Assembly (NCBI RefSeq): GCF_049060185.1
Contig: NZ_JBMEQO010000002.1
From: Nannocystis pusilla
Lineage (GTDB): Bacteria; Myxococcota_A; Polyangia; Nannocystales; Nannocystaceae
Strand: one strand, 5' to 3'
Length of the DNA: 64,000 nt
Shown here: one piece after another, positions 19,565 through 32,382 of the stretch
How the letters are laid out: every line of letters starts with the position of its first letter
How positions within the stretch are numbered: the stretch's first letter is position 1
Made by a program: the position numbers and the translations under genes
Notes under the pieces: model-generated
The model's input: the letters and a program-made list of their open reading frames with translations, nothing else
Told to the model about the DNA's origin: nothing
Database searches by the model: none

Positions 19565-20101
19565 TCAGGCGGAAGTCCGGTTGTCGGCGGCGGCCTCGGT
19601 GCGCGGCAGCACGAGCAGGAACAGCAGCACGCCCGCGACCAGGACGGCGTCGGCGATGTTGAAGGCCGGCCAGGTCTTGCCGCCCCACAGGTAGACGACG
19701 ATGAAGTCGACCACGCAGTAGTCGCCGGCGTAGACCCGGACCAGGCGGTCGTGCAGGTTGCCGAGGGCGCCGCCGGCGATCAGGCCGATGGCGATGAAGG
19801 CGGCCCGGCTGGTGGTCGGCAAGGTCCGCGCGAGGTGGACGAGGTAGCCGACGGCGGCCAGGGTGATGACGATGAAGAAGTAGCGCGCCCAGTCGACGTC
19901 GTTGAGGAACCCGAAGGCAGAGCCGGGATTGCAGGCGAAGTCGAAGTGCAGCAGCTTGTCGCTGACCTTCCAGGCGGCCTGGTCTCGCAGGTTGTTCCAG
20001 ACCCACGCCTTGCTCCAAAGGTCGAGGCCGAGGCTGAGACCGGCGATCACCGCTGCGAGGGCGATCCGCGATCCGCGTGTGGGTTCGGGTAGGGCGGCCA
20101 T
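19565..20101 (-). CDS. lspA: Lipoprotein signal peptidase II, second tandem paralog
   Basis: NPGSAFGF, GGALGNLHDRL, VVDFIVVY, FNIADAVLV. About 179 aa from ATG MAALPEP. Confidence 0.8.
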   Translation of the reverse strand: MAALPEPTRGSRIALAAVIAGLSLGLDLWSKAWVWNNLRDQAAWKVSDKLLHFDFACNPGSAFGFLNDVDWARYFFIVITLAAVGYLVHLARTLPTTSRAAFIAIGLIAGGALGNLHDRLVRVYAGDYCVVDFIVVYLWGGKTWPAFNIADAVLVAGVLLFLLVLPRTEAAADNRTSA

Positions 20102-20528
20102 GGCGGGCGCGGAGCATACCAGGGTCGCGCCCGCAGTGAACCCGTTCGCGAGGCGAGATCCGTGACGTCGACCTCGCACGCACGCCGCGCCCCTGAAGCC
20201 GCGGCTCCAGAGACCTCGAAGGGCGGCGCTCGACGTACGCGACGGTTCGTCCCGTTCGCGCTTGCTCCGTGGCGATCTCGGGAGGACAGGCGATGTTCTG
20301 CTGCGCGCCGACCGGCGAGCTTCACGGCAGGACGCGAACTGTCGGAGCGGAGGATGCTTCGAGCGACGCAGGGTCAGTCGGAGCAGGCGCCGTCAGACGA
20401 GGCGCACGGGCCTCATCTCGCAGTTGCTCGACGCGGAGCCGCTGGCCTGCTGTGCCTTCAGTCGCCGCAGGGCAGGCCGTAGGGAGCAACTCTGCTCGAA
20501 CCGCCGTCGTGCTTCGTGCGGCGAGTCT

Positions 20529-21356
20529 TCAGGCGCGCTGGAGCAGATCGAACAGGGCCGGGCGGCGGCGGCGGGGCCACGTGGAGCGCGGGTGGGCGAG
20601 CGCTCGCCGACCGCGAGAGACCCGCTGATCCATGGCCTGGCGCGTCATGCCGTCGAGGGCGACAGGACGCTCGGCCTGCAACTCGGTGAGCTCGCGCCGC
20701 TCCTCGCCCAGCAGCGCGGCCAGGGCGTTCTCCAGCAGGACGGCCTCGGGCAGGCGGAGCTCGCGGAGGGCGGCACGGAGGCGGGCGCGCATGCGCAGCT
20801 CCTCGCGGGTGTCCTCGCCGGTGTCGCGCAGCTCCTCGGCGCGCGACTGGGCGTCGCGGGCGAGCGAGACCGAGGCGGACGCGAGCAAGACGGTCAGCGG
20901 GCGGACCTCGGGATCGGCGAGCTCGGGGCGGTGGAGGAGCGTCGCGACCTCGGTGTAGGCGATCGCGTCGACGTCGGACTCCTCGCCGCCCACGACCTCG
21001 AACTCCTCGCCGCGGAAGGCAGTGACGAACAGGCGCAGACGGATGGCCTCGAACACCAGCAGCTCGGCCAGCGCGGCCTGGAGGGCGCTGCGCCGGTCGT
21101 CCTCGTCGCCGCCGCGGGCGAAGTCGAAGAGCATGTGCTGCAGCGGCGGATTGCCGGAGCCGTTGGCGGCGAGCCGCGCCCACGGCTCCAGCTCCTCCGG
21201 TATCTCGAGGAAGAGGGCGTCGCGCAGGCCCTGGTGAAAGCCCTGGAGGGCCGGGAAACGCGGGTCACGGACGGCGGCCAACAAAGAGAGGCCCTGGCGG
21301 CGCGCGCGCAGGGCCTCGTCGGCGAGGACGTCGAGCTCGGACTGGAGCTCCACCAC
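20529..21356 (-). CDS. Hypothetical protein (acidic, Leu/Glu/Arg-rich)
   Basis: 275-aa ORF with coding-like composition. No family recognised. Confidence 0.4.
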   Translation of the reverse strand: MVELQSELDVLADEALRARRQGLSLLAAVRDPRFPALQGFHQGLRDALFLEIPEELEPWARLAANGSGNPPLQHMLFDFARGGDEDDRRSALQAALAELLVFEAIRLRLFVTAFRGEEFEVVGGEESDVDAIAYTEVATLLHRPELADPEVRPLTVLLASASVSLARDAQSRAEELRDTGEDTREELRMRARLRAALRELRLPEAVLLENALAALLGEERRELTELQAERPVALDGMTRQAMDQRVSRGRRALAHPRSTWPRRRRPALFDLLQRA

Positions 21357-21469
21357 ATCAAGGGGGCGGCGACGCCGCCACCGGCCGGGAGAGGAAGGAG
21401 GTGGGTGACGGCGGCGGCGACGTTCATGGCGTGCTCAGGGGTTTAACCACCCGCCCGAGGCACGCAAGA

Positions 21470-22350
21470 TCAGGGGCTCGCCGGGGTGTGAGAGGGATGC
21501 CGGAGGGCCACGCGCAGCAGCGTCTTCAGGCGCGCGTTGCCGACCCGCTTGCCGATCGCGGCCGGACCCGCGGGCCGCTCCCACCGCGGGGGCGGCCGTC
21601 CGGCGAGGGCGGCGAGGCGAGCGAAGATCTCGCGCCGCGGGGTGTGGTCGTCGTCGACGACGTTGATGACGCCGCGCTCGTCCGGCGCGAGGGTCAAGGC
21701 GGCGAGGACGGCTTGCACCGCGTCCTCGCAGTGGATGAGGTTGGTCGGCTGCATACCATCGCCCGCGAGGACTGCGTCGTCGCCAGCGCCGCGATAGAGG
21801 CGGAACAGTTCGCGACCCGGACCGTAGAGGCCGCCGAGACGGAGGATCGTCCACGGCACCGCGTGGCGCGTGCAGGTGTCGCGCACCAGCTCCTCGGCCT
21901 CGCGCTGCACGCGGCCCCGCGGCTCGTCGGGCCACTCGAGGCAGTCGTCGTCGAGCCAGCCGTCGCGATCGGGCAGGGCCGAGGTGGATGAGGTGTAGAC
22001 GAGGCGGGTGAGCGGGAGGGTGACCGCCGCGGCGAGCAGGCGCCGGGTGCCCTCGACGTAGAGCTCGCGGCGGTCCTGCTGCTTGCCGGGGGCGTAGCAG
22101 ACGACCAGCGCGCGCGCGCCGGCGAGTACCGCGGCGATGTCGGCCGGAGCGAGCGCGGCGACGTCGAGCGGGCGGAGCTCGATGCCCTCCGGGACATGTC
22201 TGTTGGGCCATGTCCCGGAGCGCGTGGTCGCAAGGACAGGCGGATCGCCAGCGCCCCCGGTCGCCGCGAGTGCGGCGGCCACGGGGGCGCCGAGGAAGCC
22301 GGCGCCGACGACGGCGACCGGGCGAGCGAGAGGGACGCGCCGCTGGGCAC
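21470..22350 (-). CDS. NAD(P)-dependent epimerase/dehydratase family protein (N-terminus needs a frame change near 22315)
   Basis: VAVVGAGFLGAPVAAAL Rossmann motif upstream of the first in-frame start. GTG (MPSGAS) at about 22350 is in another frame. Contains the inverted repeat CCGGGACATG(N10)CATGTCCCGG at 22189-22219, encoding SGTWPNRHVPE. Confidence 0.6.
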
Positions 22351-22361
22351 GCGCGGCTCGC

Positions 22362-23113
22362 TCAGAACGACACGCCGCCGCCGAGCAGGAGGTTCAGGCG
22401 GGCGATGAAGAAGGCCGGGCAGGCGCCGGGGCGGCGCCGCAGCCGTAGCCGTAGCGCGGGCCGAAGCTCATGTCGAACTGCGGGAACTGCAGCCACACGA
22501 TCCAGCGGTCGTCGAGCATGAGCTTGAGACCGACGCCGAACTGCAGGTTCGCGGCGTGGTTCGTGTAGTGGTAGTAGGCGCCGTTGTAGTAGTTCCAGCG
22601 GTCCGACAGCAGGTGGTAGCCCAGCGAGACGTTCGGCGAGATGTAGAGGCCGAGGTCGCGCTTGACCTGGATGTCGTAGGTGAACTTGGGCGCGACGACG
22701 AAGCCGAAGCGGCGGTAGCCGAACTCCTCGTTGAGGAGGATGCCCAGCGCCGGGCCGGAGGCGTTGCCGCTGAAGTGGCCGCTGAACTCCTGGGTCAGCT
22801 TGAACGAGCCCCAGTAGCCGAAGCCGCCGTAGCGACACGGGAAGCCGGGTGCTCCGCAGCCGGGGCCGTAGTAGCCGGCGTCGTAGTAGTACGACGAGCC
22901 GCCGATGCCCCACGAGGGGCCGATGCCGAACAGGAACTGCATCGGGCGAGTGCCTGGTCGCAGCACTCGAGGAACCGCCGCTTCAGCGTTCGAGGGGGCG
23001 ACCGTGCTGCCGAGGAGGGCGGCGCCGAGCGCCGCGGTGGCGAGGCCGAAGCGACGTCGGCGACGACCAGTAGTGACAGGCAGGGGACGGTCCGAGGTGG
23101 TGGCCTGGGTCAT
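22362..23113 (-). CDS. Outer-membrane beta-barrel-like protein, Gly/Tyr-rich, signal peptide, C-terminal Phe (frame change near 22440)
   Basis: Signal RRRRRFGLATAALGAALLGSTVAPSNAEA. Alternating aromatic pattern (FGYWGSFKLTQEF, YISPNVSLGYHLL, LQFGVGLKLML). The true C-terminus ...LNLLLGGGVSF* is in the adjacent frame. Confidence 0.5.
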
Positions 23114-23314
23114 GGAGACTCCTGCGAGCGAGGGAAGGGGCACGCTCCGTAGACCGGGGCGCGCGCGGTGATTCTAACGTGTCTTGCGGCAAGCACGGAA
23201 GTTCGGGGTTGCTCGGAGAAACTCCCGGGGGTGAAGGCACCCAAGGCACTGCCGCCGACGCGAGTGTGATCTACGCTGCGGTCGGTGCCAGGTGATCGAG
23301 GCGACGAGGCGGCG

Positions 23315-24017
23315 ATGACCATTCGTGCGCAGACGCGCACCGCTCGCCACCAGCGGCTCGCTGCGGCGATCGAGACGCGTCGGCTCGAGCGCCGGCGACG
23401 AGCGAAGATCCTGGCGATCTGGGCGGTCGTGTCGACGATCGCCGTCATCGTCACCGCGCTCATCCGTGGGGTGTTTGACCCGCTCGAGCTGGTGTTTTTC
23501 GCGAGCACTCTGGGGACGATCGCGTTCGCGTCGTTCTCGGGGGTGCTCGCTCGCCCGCTGCCGTTGATGGAGCGGCAAGCGCTGGCGGGCGCGGACGCGG
23601 CGTTGGCCCTCGACCACCTGCCGCCCCGCGTGGCCGAGCTGGCCCGAGACACGCGCGCTGCGGCTCGCGGTCGAGGCCGCCGACCCGGCCGACGCGGCGA
23701 TCGACGCCTGGGTGTGGAGTTGGATCCGCAGCGTCCGCGAGCTCGGGCCCGAGGAGCGCGAGCTCATCGCCCACGTCGGGATCTCGACCCGTGACGTCGA
23801 GGCGGTGCTGCTCGGTGAGGCGCTCGACGCCGGCCCGGCGGACGGCCCCGTGGACAGCCCCGCGCTGCCGGCCAAGCGCGCGGCGGGACGGGGTCCGCGG
23901 CTGGCGCCAGTCGAGTTGGCGGCGCTGGTGCGCCGGGTCGAGCTGCTGGCCGAGCACTTCGAGGCGTTCGAGGTGGCGCTGCTGCGCTATCGGCCGGGGA
24001 CCTACCGCGGGTCCTGA
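23315..24017 (+). CDS. Hypothetical membrane protein (frame change near 23645)
   Basis: MTIRAQTRTARHQ...ILAIWAVVSTIAVIVTALI...FFASTLGTIAFASFSGVLA, then ...LRLAVEAADPADAAIDAWVWSWIRSVRELGPEERELIAHVGISTRDVEAVLL... in the next frame. Confidence 0.4.
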
Positions 24018-24075
24018 GGGACATGTCTGTCACGACATGTCCGCCGCGACATGTCCTTCAGGACTCGCGGAAGCT
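24018..24075. repeat. Phased array of four 14-bp units (GACATGTCTGTCAC / GACATGTCCGCCGC / GACATGTCCTTCAG / GACTCGCGGAAGCT)
   Basis: Exact 14-bp phasing, between convergent gene ends (24017 plus strand, 24058 minus strand). Confidence 0.75.
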
Positions 24076-24969
24076 GACCATGACGGCGTGGGCGTCGTGC
24101 TTGTGCTCGAAGTTGGTGGCGCGGCGGAAGGCGGTGGCGTCGACGACGATCGGGTGCTTGATGTGGGCGACGGCGCCGGGCGGCAGGTAGGGCAGGCCGA
24201 AGCGGCCGGCGCTGTACTTGAAGAGCGGCTCGGGGATCGGGATCGGCTGGCGACCGGTGCCGCGGGCCAGCGTCGACAGCGGGACGGGCGGCGGGCCGGC
24301 GACGTTGTAGATCCCGTTCAGCTGGTGATCGACGGCGCGCACGATCGCCTCGACGCCGTCCTCGTCGTGCATGAAGTGGTAGAGCGGATCGAAGCCGAGG
24401 ATCATCGGCACGCGCGGGCCGGCGAGGAAGCTGGCGAGGGTGCCGCGGTGCGTCGGGCCGAGCATGTAGACCATGCGCAGGACGGCGGTCTTGAGCCCGG
24501 GCCAGCGCCACAGCGCGGCGGCGGCGAACAGGTCGGCGGCGACGAGGTCGGCCAGCTCGGGGAAGGTCGAGACGGCCAGCGGCGGCTCCTCCTCGGTGCG
24601 GTACAGCGGCGCGTCGGGGGCGGCGCCGTAGATCGTGTGACGGCCGACGAACACGGCCTGCTTGACGCCGAACTCGTGGCAGTACTCGAACACGAGGCGC
24701 GTGCCGTGGAGGTTGATGCGCAGCCGCTCCTCGGCGCTGGCGGTGAAGTGGGTGATCGTCGCCATGTGGATGACGACGTCGGGCCGGTGCTGGCGGAACA
24801 CGTCGGCGGCCGGCCGCTTGCGCACGTCGGTCTGGAACACGTGCACGCCCTCAGGCGCGTCGGGCCAGGGGCGGCGGTCGATGCCGAGGATCTCGTCGCC
24901 GCGGGCGCGCAGACGCAGGGCGACCATGCGCGCGTGGGCGCCGTTGATGCCGGTGATCAGGATCTTCAT
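24058..24969 (-). CDS. NAD-dependent epimerase/dehydratase family protein
   Basis: [20 protein letters not shown]...; extended-SDR fold. 303 aa, intact. Confidence 0.8.
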   Translation of the reverse strand: MKILITGINGAHARMVALRLRARGDEILGIDRRPWPDAPEGVHVFQTDVRKRPAADVFRQHRPDVVIHMATITHFTASAEERLRINLHGTRLVFEYCHEFGVKQAVFVGRHTIYGAAPDAPLYRTEEEPPLAVSTFPELADLVAADLFAAAALWRWPGLKTAVLRMVYMLGPTHRGTLASFLAGPRVPMILGFDPLYHFMHDEDGVEAIVRAVDHQLNGIYNVAGPPPVPLSTLARGTGRQPIPIPEPLFKYSAGRFGLPYLPPGAVAHIKHPIVVDATAFRRATNFEHKHDAHAVMVSFRES

Positions 24970-25873
24970 GGTTCGGAGTCGGAGTCGGTCGAGCCGGAGG
25001 TCGGGGAGGGCGCGGGGAGGACGAGCTGTCCTCGGGTTCCTGTGCGAAAGTGCCGTCGGTGCGCTGGCGGTGGAGCGCGCAGCCGCGGAGGACCAGCAGC
25101 TCGACGACGCTCTTGACCTGCTCGACGTAGCCCTCGATGACCTCGTCAGGCTCGCGGCCGGTGCCGGGGAAGTGCATCGGCTTGCCGTAGTGGATCTCGC
25201 AGCCGAGCGGCAGCGGGAACGGGACGAGGTACGGAGGGACCGGCCAGTAGGGGGCGCCGACGATCTTGGCCAGCGTCTTGGCGTGGTAGATGGTGGGGAG
25301 GGCTTCCTCGCCGCCGATGAAGGCGAAGGGGACGATCGGCGCGCCGGTCTGCAGGGCGATCCGCATGAAGCCGGTGCCGAACTGGACCAGGCGGTAGCGA
25401 TCCTTGAAGAGCTTGCCGGTGCCGCGCGCGCCCTCGGGAAAGATCATCAGCAGGCGGCCGTCCTGCAGCAGCCGCAAGGCGTGCTCGGGCAGGCCGGGGA
25501 GCTGACCGACGCGCGAGAACCACTCCGAGACGAAGGGCCAGTTGCCGGCGAACTTCTCGACCATGCCGGTGGCGTGACGCGGGAGGTCGCGGGCGAAGAA
25601 CAGAGAGGCGAGCACCATGCCGCCGTCGACCGGCAGGCCGCCCGAGTGGTTGCCGACGAGCATCGCGCCGCCGCGCTCCGGCACGTTGTCGATGCCGAAA
25701 CACTTCACCCGGAAGTAATTCTTGTAGAAGACCTCGAGCATCGAATAGAAGACGCCGAGGTGCTTCTTGGAGATCCCGAACGGATCCATGCCGTATTGAT
25801 TGAACGGTAGCTCGAGACGTTCGAGGCGGTCCCGGACGTCGCGGCTGGTGAGAGTCTCGAGGCGGAACGGTCC
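24966..25873 (-). CDS. Acyltransferase, PlsC/LPLAT family (1-acyl-sn-glycerol-3-phosphate acyltransferase-like); 3' end needs a frame change to stop at the ATGA overlap with the downstream epimerase
   Basis: [13 protein letters not shown] (HX4D-like) and IFPEGARG motifs. The current frame runs 118 bp into the downstream gene. Confidence 0.65.
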
Positions 25874-26092
25874 CATCCGGCTCGAAGAAGTCTCAGGCGG
25901 CGCGGGCCCTGAAGCAAGTCGCACGCGAGAAGCCGCGGCGAGCGAGGTTCTGTGCGGCTCAGGACGCTGCGGTCCGGACCGCGCGCCGGGGCGGTACCAC
26001 TGCCGCGGCCGCGGCATTTCGAGCGGCGCTCGCATGCCCTCGCGCGCCCGGGCGCCGGCGCGAGGGCGACGCGAAGCGACCCCGGGGCGAGG

Positions 26093-27187
26093 TCAGGGCG
26101 AGCACTTCAGCGTGGCGCCGATGATGGTCGAGCTGGCGTTGCCGCCGTGCGAGGTCTTGATCTGGGCGACCTGATAATAAACGGTCTTGGCGATGTTGAA
26201 GTCGGGGAGCGGGCCGAGCGAGATGCGCGGGTCCTCGCCGCCGAGCTCGATGGGGACGCCGATGTTCGAACACGGGAAGCCGCCGGCCTCGAGCGGCTGC
26301 CCGAGCGTGAAGGCGGTGGCCTTCGCGGCGGGGTCGCCGGTGCGCAGCTTGCAGAACACGTCGGCGTCGGCCTGGTCGCAGCCCGACGCGCCGCCCCACG
26401 AGCAGGTGCCGGCGCAGTACAGCTGCGGCACCGCCGAGAAGTCGTAGATGCAGTCCTCGGTGCAGCCGACGCCCATGAAGGGATCCTTGTCGTCGCAGTA
26501 CTCGAAGCCCTTGGGCTGGTTGATGTCGACCTTGTCGACGATGCCGTCGCCGCAGTGCGGGCCGAGCTTGCCGCAGCCGGGGGCGCAGCCGTTGTAGCTG
26601 TTGTCGTTGAAGCCGTCGTCGCAGGCCTCGACGCCGTCCCAGATCAGGCCGTCGCCGCAGGCGGCTGCGACACAACCCTCGAGGCAGGCGTCGTCGTCCT
26701 TGGTGTTGCCGTCGTCGCACTCTTCGCCGGGCTGGGCCCAGCCGTCGCCGCACACCGGGAACAGACACTCGGCGGTGCACTCGTCGGTGCTGTCCTGGTT
26801 GCCGTCGTCGCAGTCCTCACCCTCGTGCATGATGCCGTCGCCGCACTCGGGCGGCCGACACTTCGAGGTGCAGCTGTCGAGGTCGTCGGCGTTGCCGTCG
26901 TCGCACAGCTCGTCGCCCTCCTGGACGCCGTTGCCGCACTCGCCGACGGGCTCGGTGGTGGAGGTGGTGGGCTCGCTGGTGGGACCCTGCGAGGTGACGG
27001 TGTCGGTGGGATCGGTGGTCGCGGTGCCGTCGGTGTCGACGGTGGTCGGATTGCCGGTGACGGTCTGGATGCCGGTCTCCTCGTCCTCGGTGGTCGAGCC
27101 GGTGGTCGAGGTCGGTGACCCGGTGGTCATCATGTTCTGCGTCGGTGTGCAGGCCGCGAGCGCCAGCATCCATCCCAATCTGCGCAT
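26093..27187 (-). CDS. Lipoprotein with Thr-rich linker and five Myxococcus cysteine-rich repeats (DUF4215/TIGR02232-like)
   Basis: Signal MLALAACTP. Repeats of [16 protein letters not shown] ([72 protein letters not shown]). Confidence 0.8.
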   Translation of the reverse strand: MRRLGWMLALAACTPTQNMMTTGSPTSTTGSTTEDEETGIQTVTGNPTTVDTDGTATTDPTDTVTSQGPTSEPTTSTTEPVGECGNGVQEGDELCDDGNADDLDSCTSKCRPPECGDGIMHEGEDCDDGNQDSTDECTAECLFPVCGDGWAQPGEECDDGNTKDDDACLEGCVAAACGDGLIWDGVEACDDGFNDNSYNGCAPGCGKLGPHCGDGIVDKVDINQPKGFEYCDDKDPFMGVGCTEDCIYDFSAVPQLYCAGTCSWGGASGCDQADADVFCKLRTGDPAAKATAFTLGQPLEAGGFPCSNIGVPIELGGEDPRISLGPLPDFNIAKTVYYQVAQIKTSHGGNASSTIIGATLKCSP

Positions 27188-27340
27188 ATCCGAACGTTAG
27201 GCCGGCCACTGCGCGTTTGCAAGCGTGTTTGCCGCGCGCGTCGATGCGAACGTCGATCGAGCGCAACTCCGCGCCGAACAAACACGAAAGGCCCGGATGT
27301 CACCAGGGACATCGCGGGCCCGCGCGCATGGTGTCGATGC

Positions 27341-28230
27341 TTACGCGCTGGTCTTGGCCCCGAGCACGCGGGCCATGGTCGAGCCGAGGTCGGAGGGCGT
27401 GTCGGCGATCGCCACGCCGGCCTCGCGCAGCGCGGCCAGCTTGGCGTCGGCGGTACCCTTGCCGCCCGAGATGATGGCGCCCGCGTGGCCCATGCGCTTG
27501 CCCGGCGGGGCGGTGACGCCGGCGATGAAGCCGACCACCGGCTTGGTGACGTGCTCGCGAATGAAGGCCGCGCCGTCCTCTTCGGCCGAGCCGCCGATCT
27601 CGCCGATCATGATGATGCCCTCGGTCTCCGGGTCGTCCTGGAACAACTTGAGGCAGTCGACGAAGTTGGTGCCGTTGACCGGATCACCGCCGATGCCGAT
27701 GGCGGTGCTCTGGCCGAGGCCGAGCGTGGTCAGCTGATGCACGGCCTCGTAGGTGAGGGTGCCGGAGCGCGAGACGACGCCGACGCGGCCCGGGGTGTGG
27801 ATGTAGCCGGGCATGATGCCGATCCGGCACTGCTTCGGCGTGATGATGCCGGGGCAGTTGGGGCCGAGCAGGCGCGAGCCGGGCTTGTCCTGCAGGAACC
27901 GCTTGGCCTTGACCATGTCGGCCACCGGGATGCCCTCGGTGATGCAGACGATCAGCGGCACGCCGGCATCCGCAGCCTCCATGATCGCGTCGGCGGCGAA
28001 CGGCGGCGGCACGAAGATGACGCTGGCGTTGGCGCCGGTCTTCTCGACGGCGTCGCGCACGGTGTGGAACACCGGGACGCGGCCGTTCAGCACGGTCTCG
28101 CCACCCTTGCCGGGCGTGACGCCGCCGACGACCTGGGTGCCGTAGGCGAGCGACTGCTCGGCGTGGAAGAGGCCGACCTTGCCGGTGATGCCCTGGACGA
28201 TGAGGCGGGTGTTCTTGTCGACGAGGACGC

Positions 28231-28234
<4 letters not shown>
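27341..28234 (-). CDS. sucD: Succinyl-CoA synthetase alpha subunit
   Basis: [24 protein letters not shown]..., CoA-binding and ligase-CoA signatures; intact. Confidence 0.9.
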
Positions 28235-29429
<1,195 letters not shown>

Positions 29430-29430
<1 letters not shown>

Positions 29431-30395
29431 CAGGTCGCCTGGCCTTTCCCGTAGGGCAGGAGGGCCACCAGCTCGCGCACGGCGTTGGCCGAGACCTCGA
29501 GCATGCCCTTCTCCTTGTCGCCGAGCTTCATCTCGATGACCTTCTCGACGCCGCCCTTGCCGAGCACGCACGGGACGCCGATGAAGAGGTCCTTGTAGCC
29601 GTACTCGCCGCCCAGCAGCGCGGCGCACGGGAGCACGCGCTTGCGGTCGCGGACGATCGACTCGACCATCGCCACCGAGGCCGCCGCCGGCGCGTAGTAG
29701 CCGGAGTAGCCGAGCAGGCCGACGATCTCGCCGCCGCCGCCGCGCGTGCGCTGGATGATGGCGTCGATCTTGTCCTGCGGCAGCAGCTCGGTCAGCGGGA
29801 TGCCGGCCACCGAGGTGTGGCTCGGCAGCGGGACCATGGTGTCGCCGTGGCCGCCGAGGACCATGCCGTGGATGTCGTCGACGCTGACGTTCAGCGCCTC
29901 GGAGATGAAGTACTTGTAGCGCGCCGTGTCGAGCACGCCGGCCATGCCGATCACGCGCTCCTTGGGGAAGCCCGACTCGGCGTACATGACGTGGCACATG
30001 GCGTCGAGCGGGTTACTGACGCAGATCAACACCGCGTTCGGCGAGCGGCTGGCGATCTCGCGGGTCACGCCGCCGACGATCTTGCGGTTGATCTCGACGA
30101 GCTCGTCGCGGCTGGTGAACTTGCCCGTGACCGGGTCCTTCTTGCGCGGCACGCCGGCGGTGATCACGACGACATCGCTGTCGGCCGTCTCGTCGTAGCC
30201 GTTGCTGCCGACGATCTTGAGGTCGAAGCCCATCACCGGCGCGGCCTCGGCGAGGTCGAGCGCCTTGCCCTGCGGTACGCCCTGGGCGATGTCGACGAGG
30301 ACGATGTCGCCGAGGTGCTTCTGGGCGGCCCAGTGTGCGGCCGTCGCTCCGACGTTGCCGGCTCCCACGATCGTGATCTTGTTGCGACGTGACAT
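29430..30395 (-). CDS. mdh: Malate dehydrogenase (LDH-like MDH family)
   Basis: [41 protein letters not shown]; stop overlaps the sucC start (TGATG). Confidence 0.9.
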
Positions 30396-30572
30396 GTGCG
30401 AGATCTTTCCCCTAGGAGGTCCGCGCTGCATATACCAGCCGCGGAGGCATCGGAGCAACGGCGGCGGAGCGGCCGATGAACGCTGATCTCGCGCTCCTCC
30501 GTGAATCTCCGCCAAAAGTGCGGGATCGCGCCGGTTCCGGACGGACGACCGACGCCGAATCGGACCCGGCGA

Positions 30573-32382
30573 CTACCGCCGCGTGGGAGCCGCCGGCGTG
30601 ATGGTCAGCTCGACCTTCGCCCTCGCGATCGACGACCACCGGGACGGCGACGCCCGGCTGCAGCTCGCCGAAGCAGGCCATGTAGTCGTCGATGTTGTGG
30701 ATCTCGCGCTTGCCGATCTTGACGATGATGTCGCCGGCCTTGAGCCCGGCGGCCTCGGCGGGGCTCTGCGGGCGGACGCCCGTCAGCTTCATGCCGTCGA
30801 CGTTGGCGGCGTAGTCGGGGACGGTGCCGAGCGAGACGCGGAAGCCGCCGCCGCGCGGGCCGTGGCCGCGATCTTCTTGAAGTCGAGGACGGGCTGCTCG
30901 CGCTGCATCAAGGCGACCAGGCGGACGCTGAGGTCGGCGATCGCGACGGCGCCGTCGAGGTTGATCTTGTCGAAGTCGTCGGTCGGTCGGTGGTAGTCGT
31001 CGTGGGCGCCGCTGAAGAAGTGGAGGACCGGGATGTCGGCGGCGTAGTAGCTGGCCTGGTCGGAGGCGCCGAAGCCGTCCTCGCTGGGCTTGATGACGAG
31101 GGTCCGCGCGGCGTCCCGCGGGTCGACCTTGGCGCGGTCGAGCAGGCCCGGCCAGGCGCTGCTGGTGCCGGTGCCGACGACGACGACGGTGTTGTCGCGC
31201 ACGCGCCCGACCATGTCGAAGTTGAGCATGGCGACGATGTCCTTGCGCGCCTCGGGCGAGAGCGACTCGACGACGCGCTTGCTGCCCAAGAGGCCCATCT
31301 CCTCGGCGGCGAAGGCGACGAACTGGAGGTCGAAGGGCCGCGCCTCGGGCGGCAACTCGGCGAGCGCCGCGGCGACGCCGAGCAAGGCGGCGACGCCGGA
31401 GGCGTTGTCGTCGGCGCCGTTGTGGATGGCGTCGACGCCGGGCGCGAGCGAGGAGCTGCTGCCGCGGCCGAGGTGGTCCATGTGCGCGCCGAGGACGATG
31501 CGCTTTGAACCTGTCCCTTGAGCAGGCCGGCGACGTTGGCGGTGGTGGCGGTGACGCGCTGGACGGGGCTGTGCAGCGAGCCCTTGGCGACTGCGCCGGG
31601 CTTGAGGCCGCCGTGCGGGTTGTCGGCGGTGACGGGGCCCTTCTTGCCGAAGGCCTTGAGGAGGTCGGGGGTGCCGGCGGCGGATACGGCGAGCGCGGGC
31701 AATTGGAGGTCGTTGGCCTCGCCGTGGTTGGGGTAGGGGACGGTGGCGTCGGGCTCCCACAGGATGAAGCCGACGGCGCCGCGATCGCGGGCGGCGATGA
31801 CCTTCGACTGCACGCGGGTCTTGGCCGGATCGAGGTGAGGATCGGCCGGGGCGCCGCTGCGCGCGACGACGATGGCGCCCTTCACCTTGTCGAGCAGCTT
31901 GGCGTAGTCGCCGCTGTCGGGGGTGTCGCCGGGGATGCCGTGGCCGACGTAGACGATCTTGGCGTTGACGGGGGCGGCGCTGGCGGCGGCGAAGGGGACG
32001 AGGGTGTGGACGATCGGCTTGCCGCCGAGCTGGAGGACGCTTTGCTCGCCGGAGCGGAGGGCGACGCCGTCGGTGAACTCGAAGCTCTGACGGAAGCTGT
32101 CCCCAAAGCCAGGTTGAAGGCCGAGCTGGCGGAAGGCCTGCTCGATGTGCTCCTCGACCCGCTGGTCGGCGGCGGTGCCGGGCGGGCGGCCCTCCTGGGC
32201 GTCGTCGGCGAGGAAGGCGAGGTGCCCGCGCAGGCGCCCGGGTTCGACCGGAGGCGGGTCCTGCGAGGCGGAGCGCGGGGCGTCGCTGGCGGTGGGCTGG
32301 CTCGTCGGGGCCTGCGTGGACTGCTCGGGCCGGCAGGCGAGCAAGGAGGCGAGGAGGAGCCAGGAGGCGCGGGACGACGACA
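30573..32382 (-). CDS. M28-family zinc aminopeptidase lipoprotein with C-terminal PDZ domain (at least three frame changes)
   Basis: Lipoprotein signal MSSSRASWLLLASLLACRP. M28 motifs HMDHLGRG, DNASGVAALL, FAAEEMGLLGS, NFDMVG. PDZ LTGVRPQSPAEAAGLKAGDIIVKIGKREIHNIDDY. The C-terminus ...KVELTITPAAPTRR* is reached via another frame. Confidence 0.7.
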
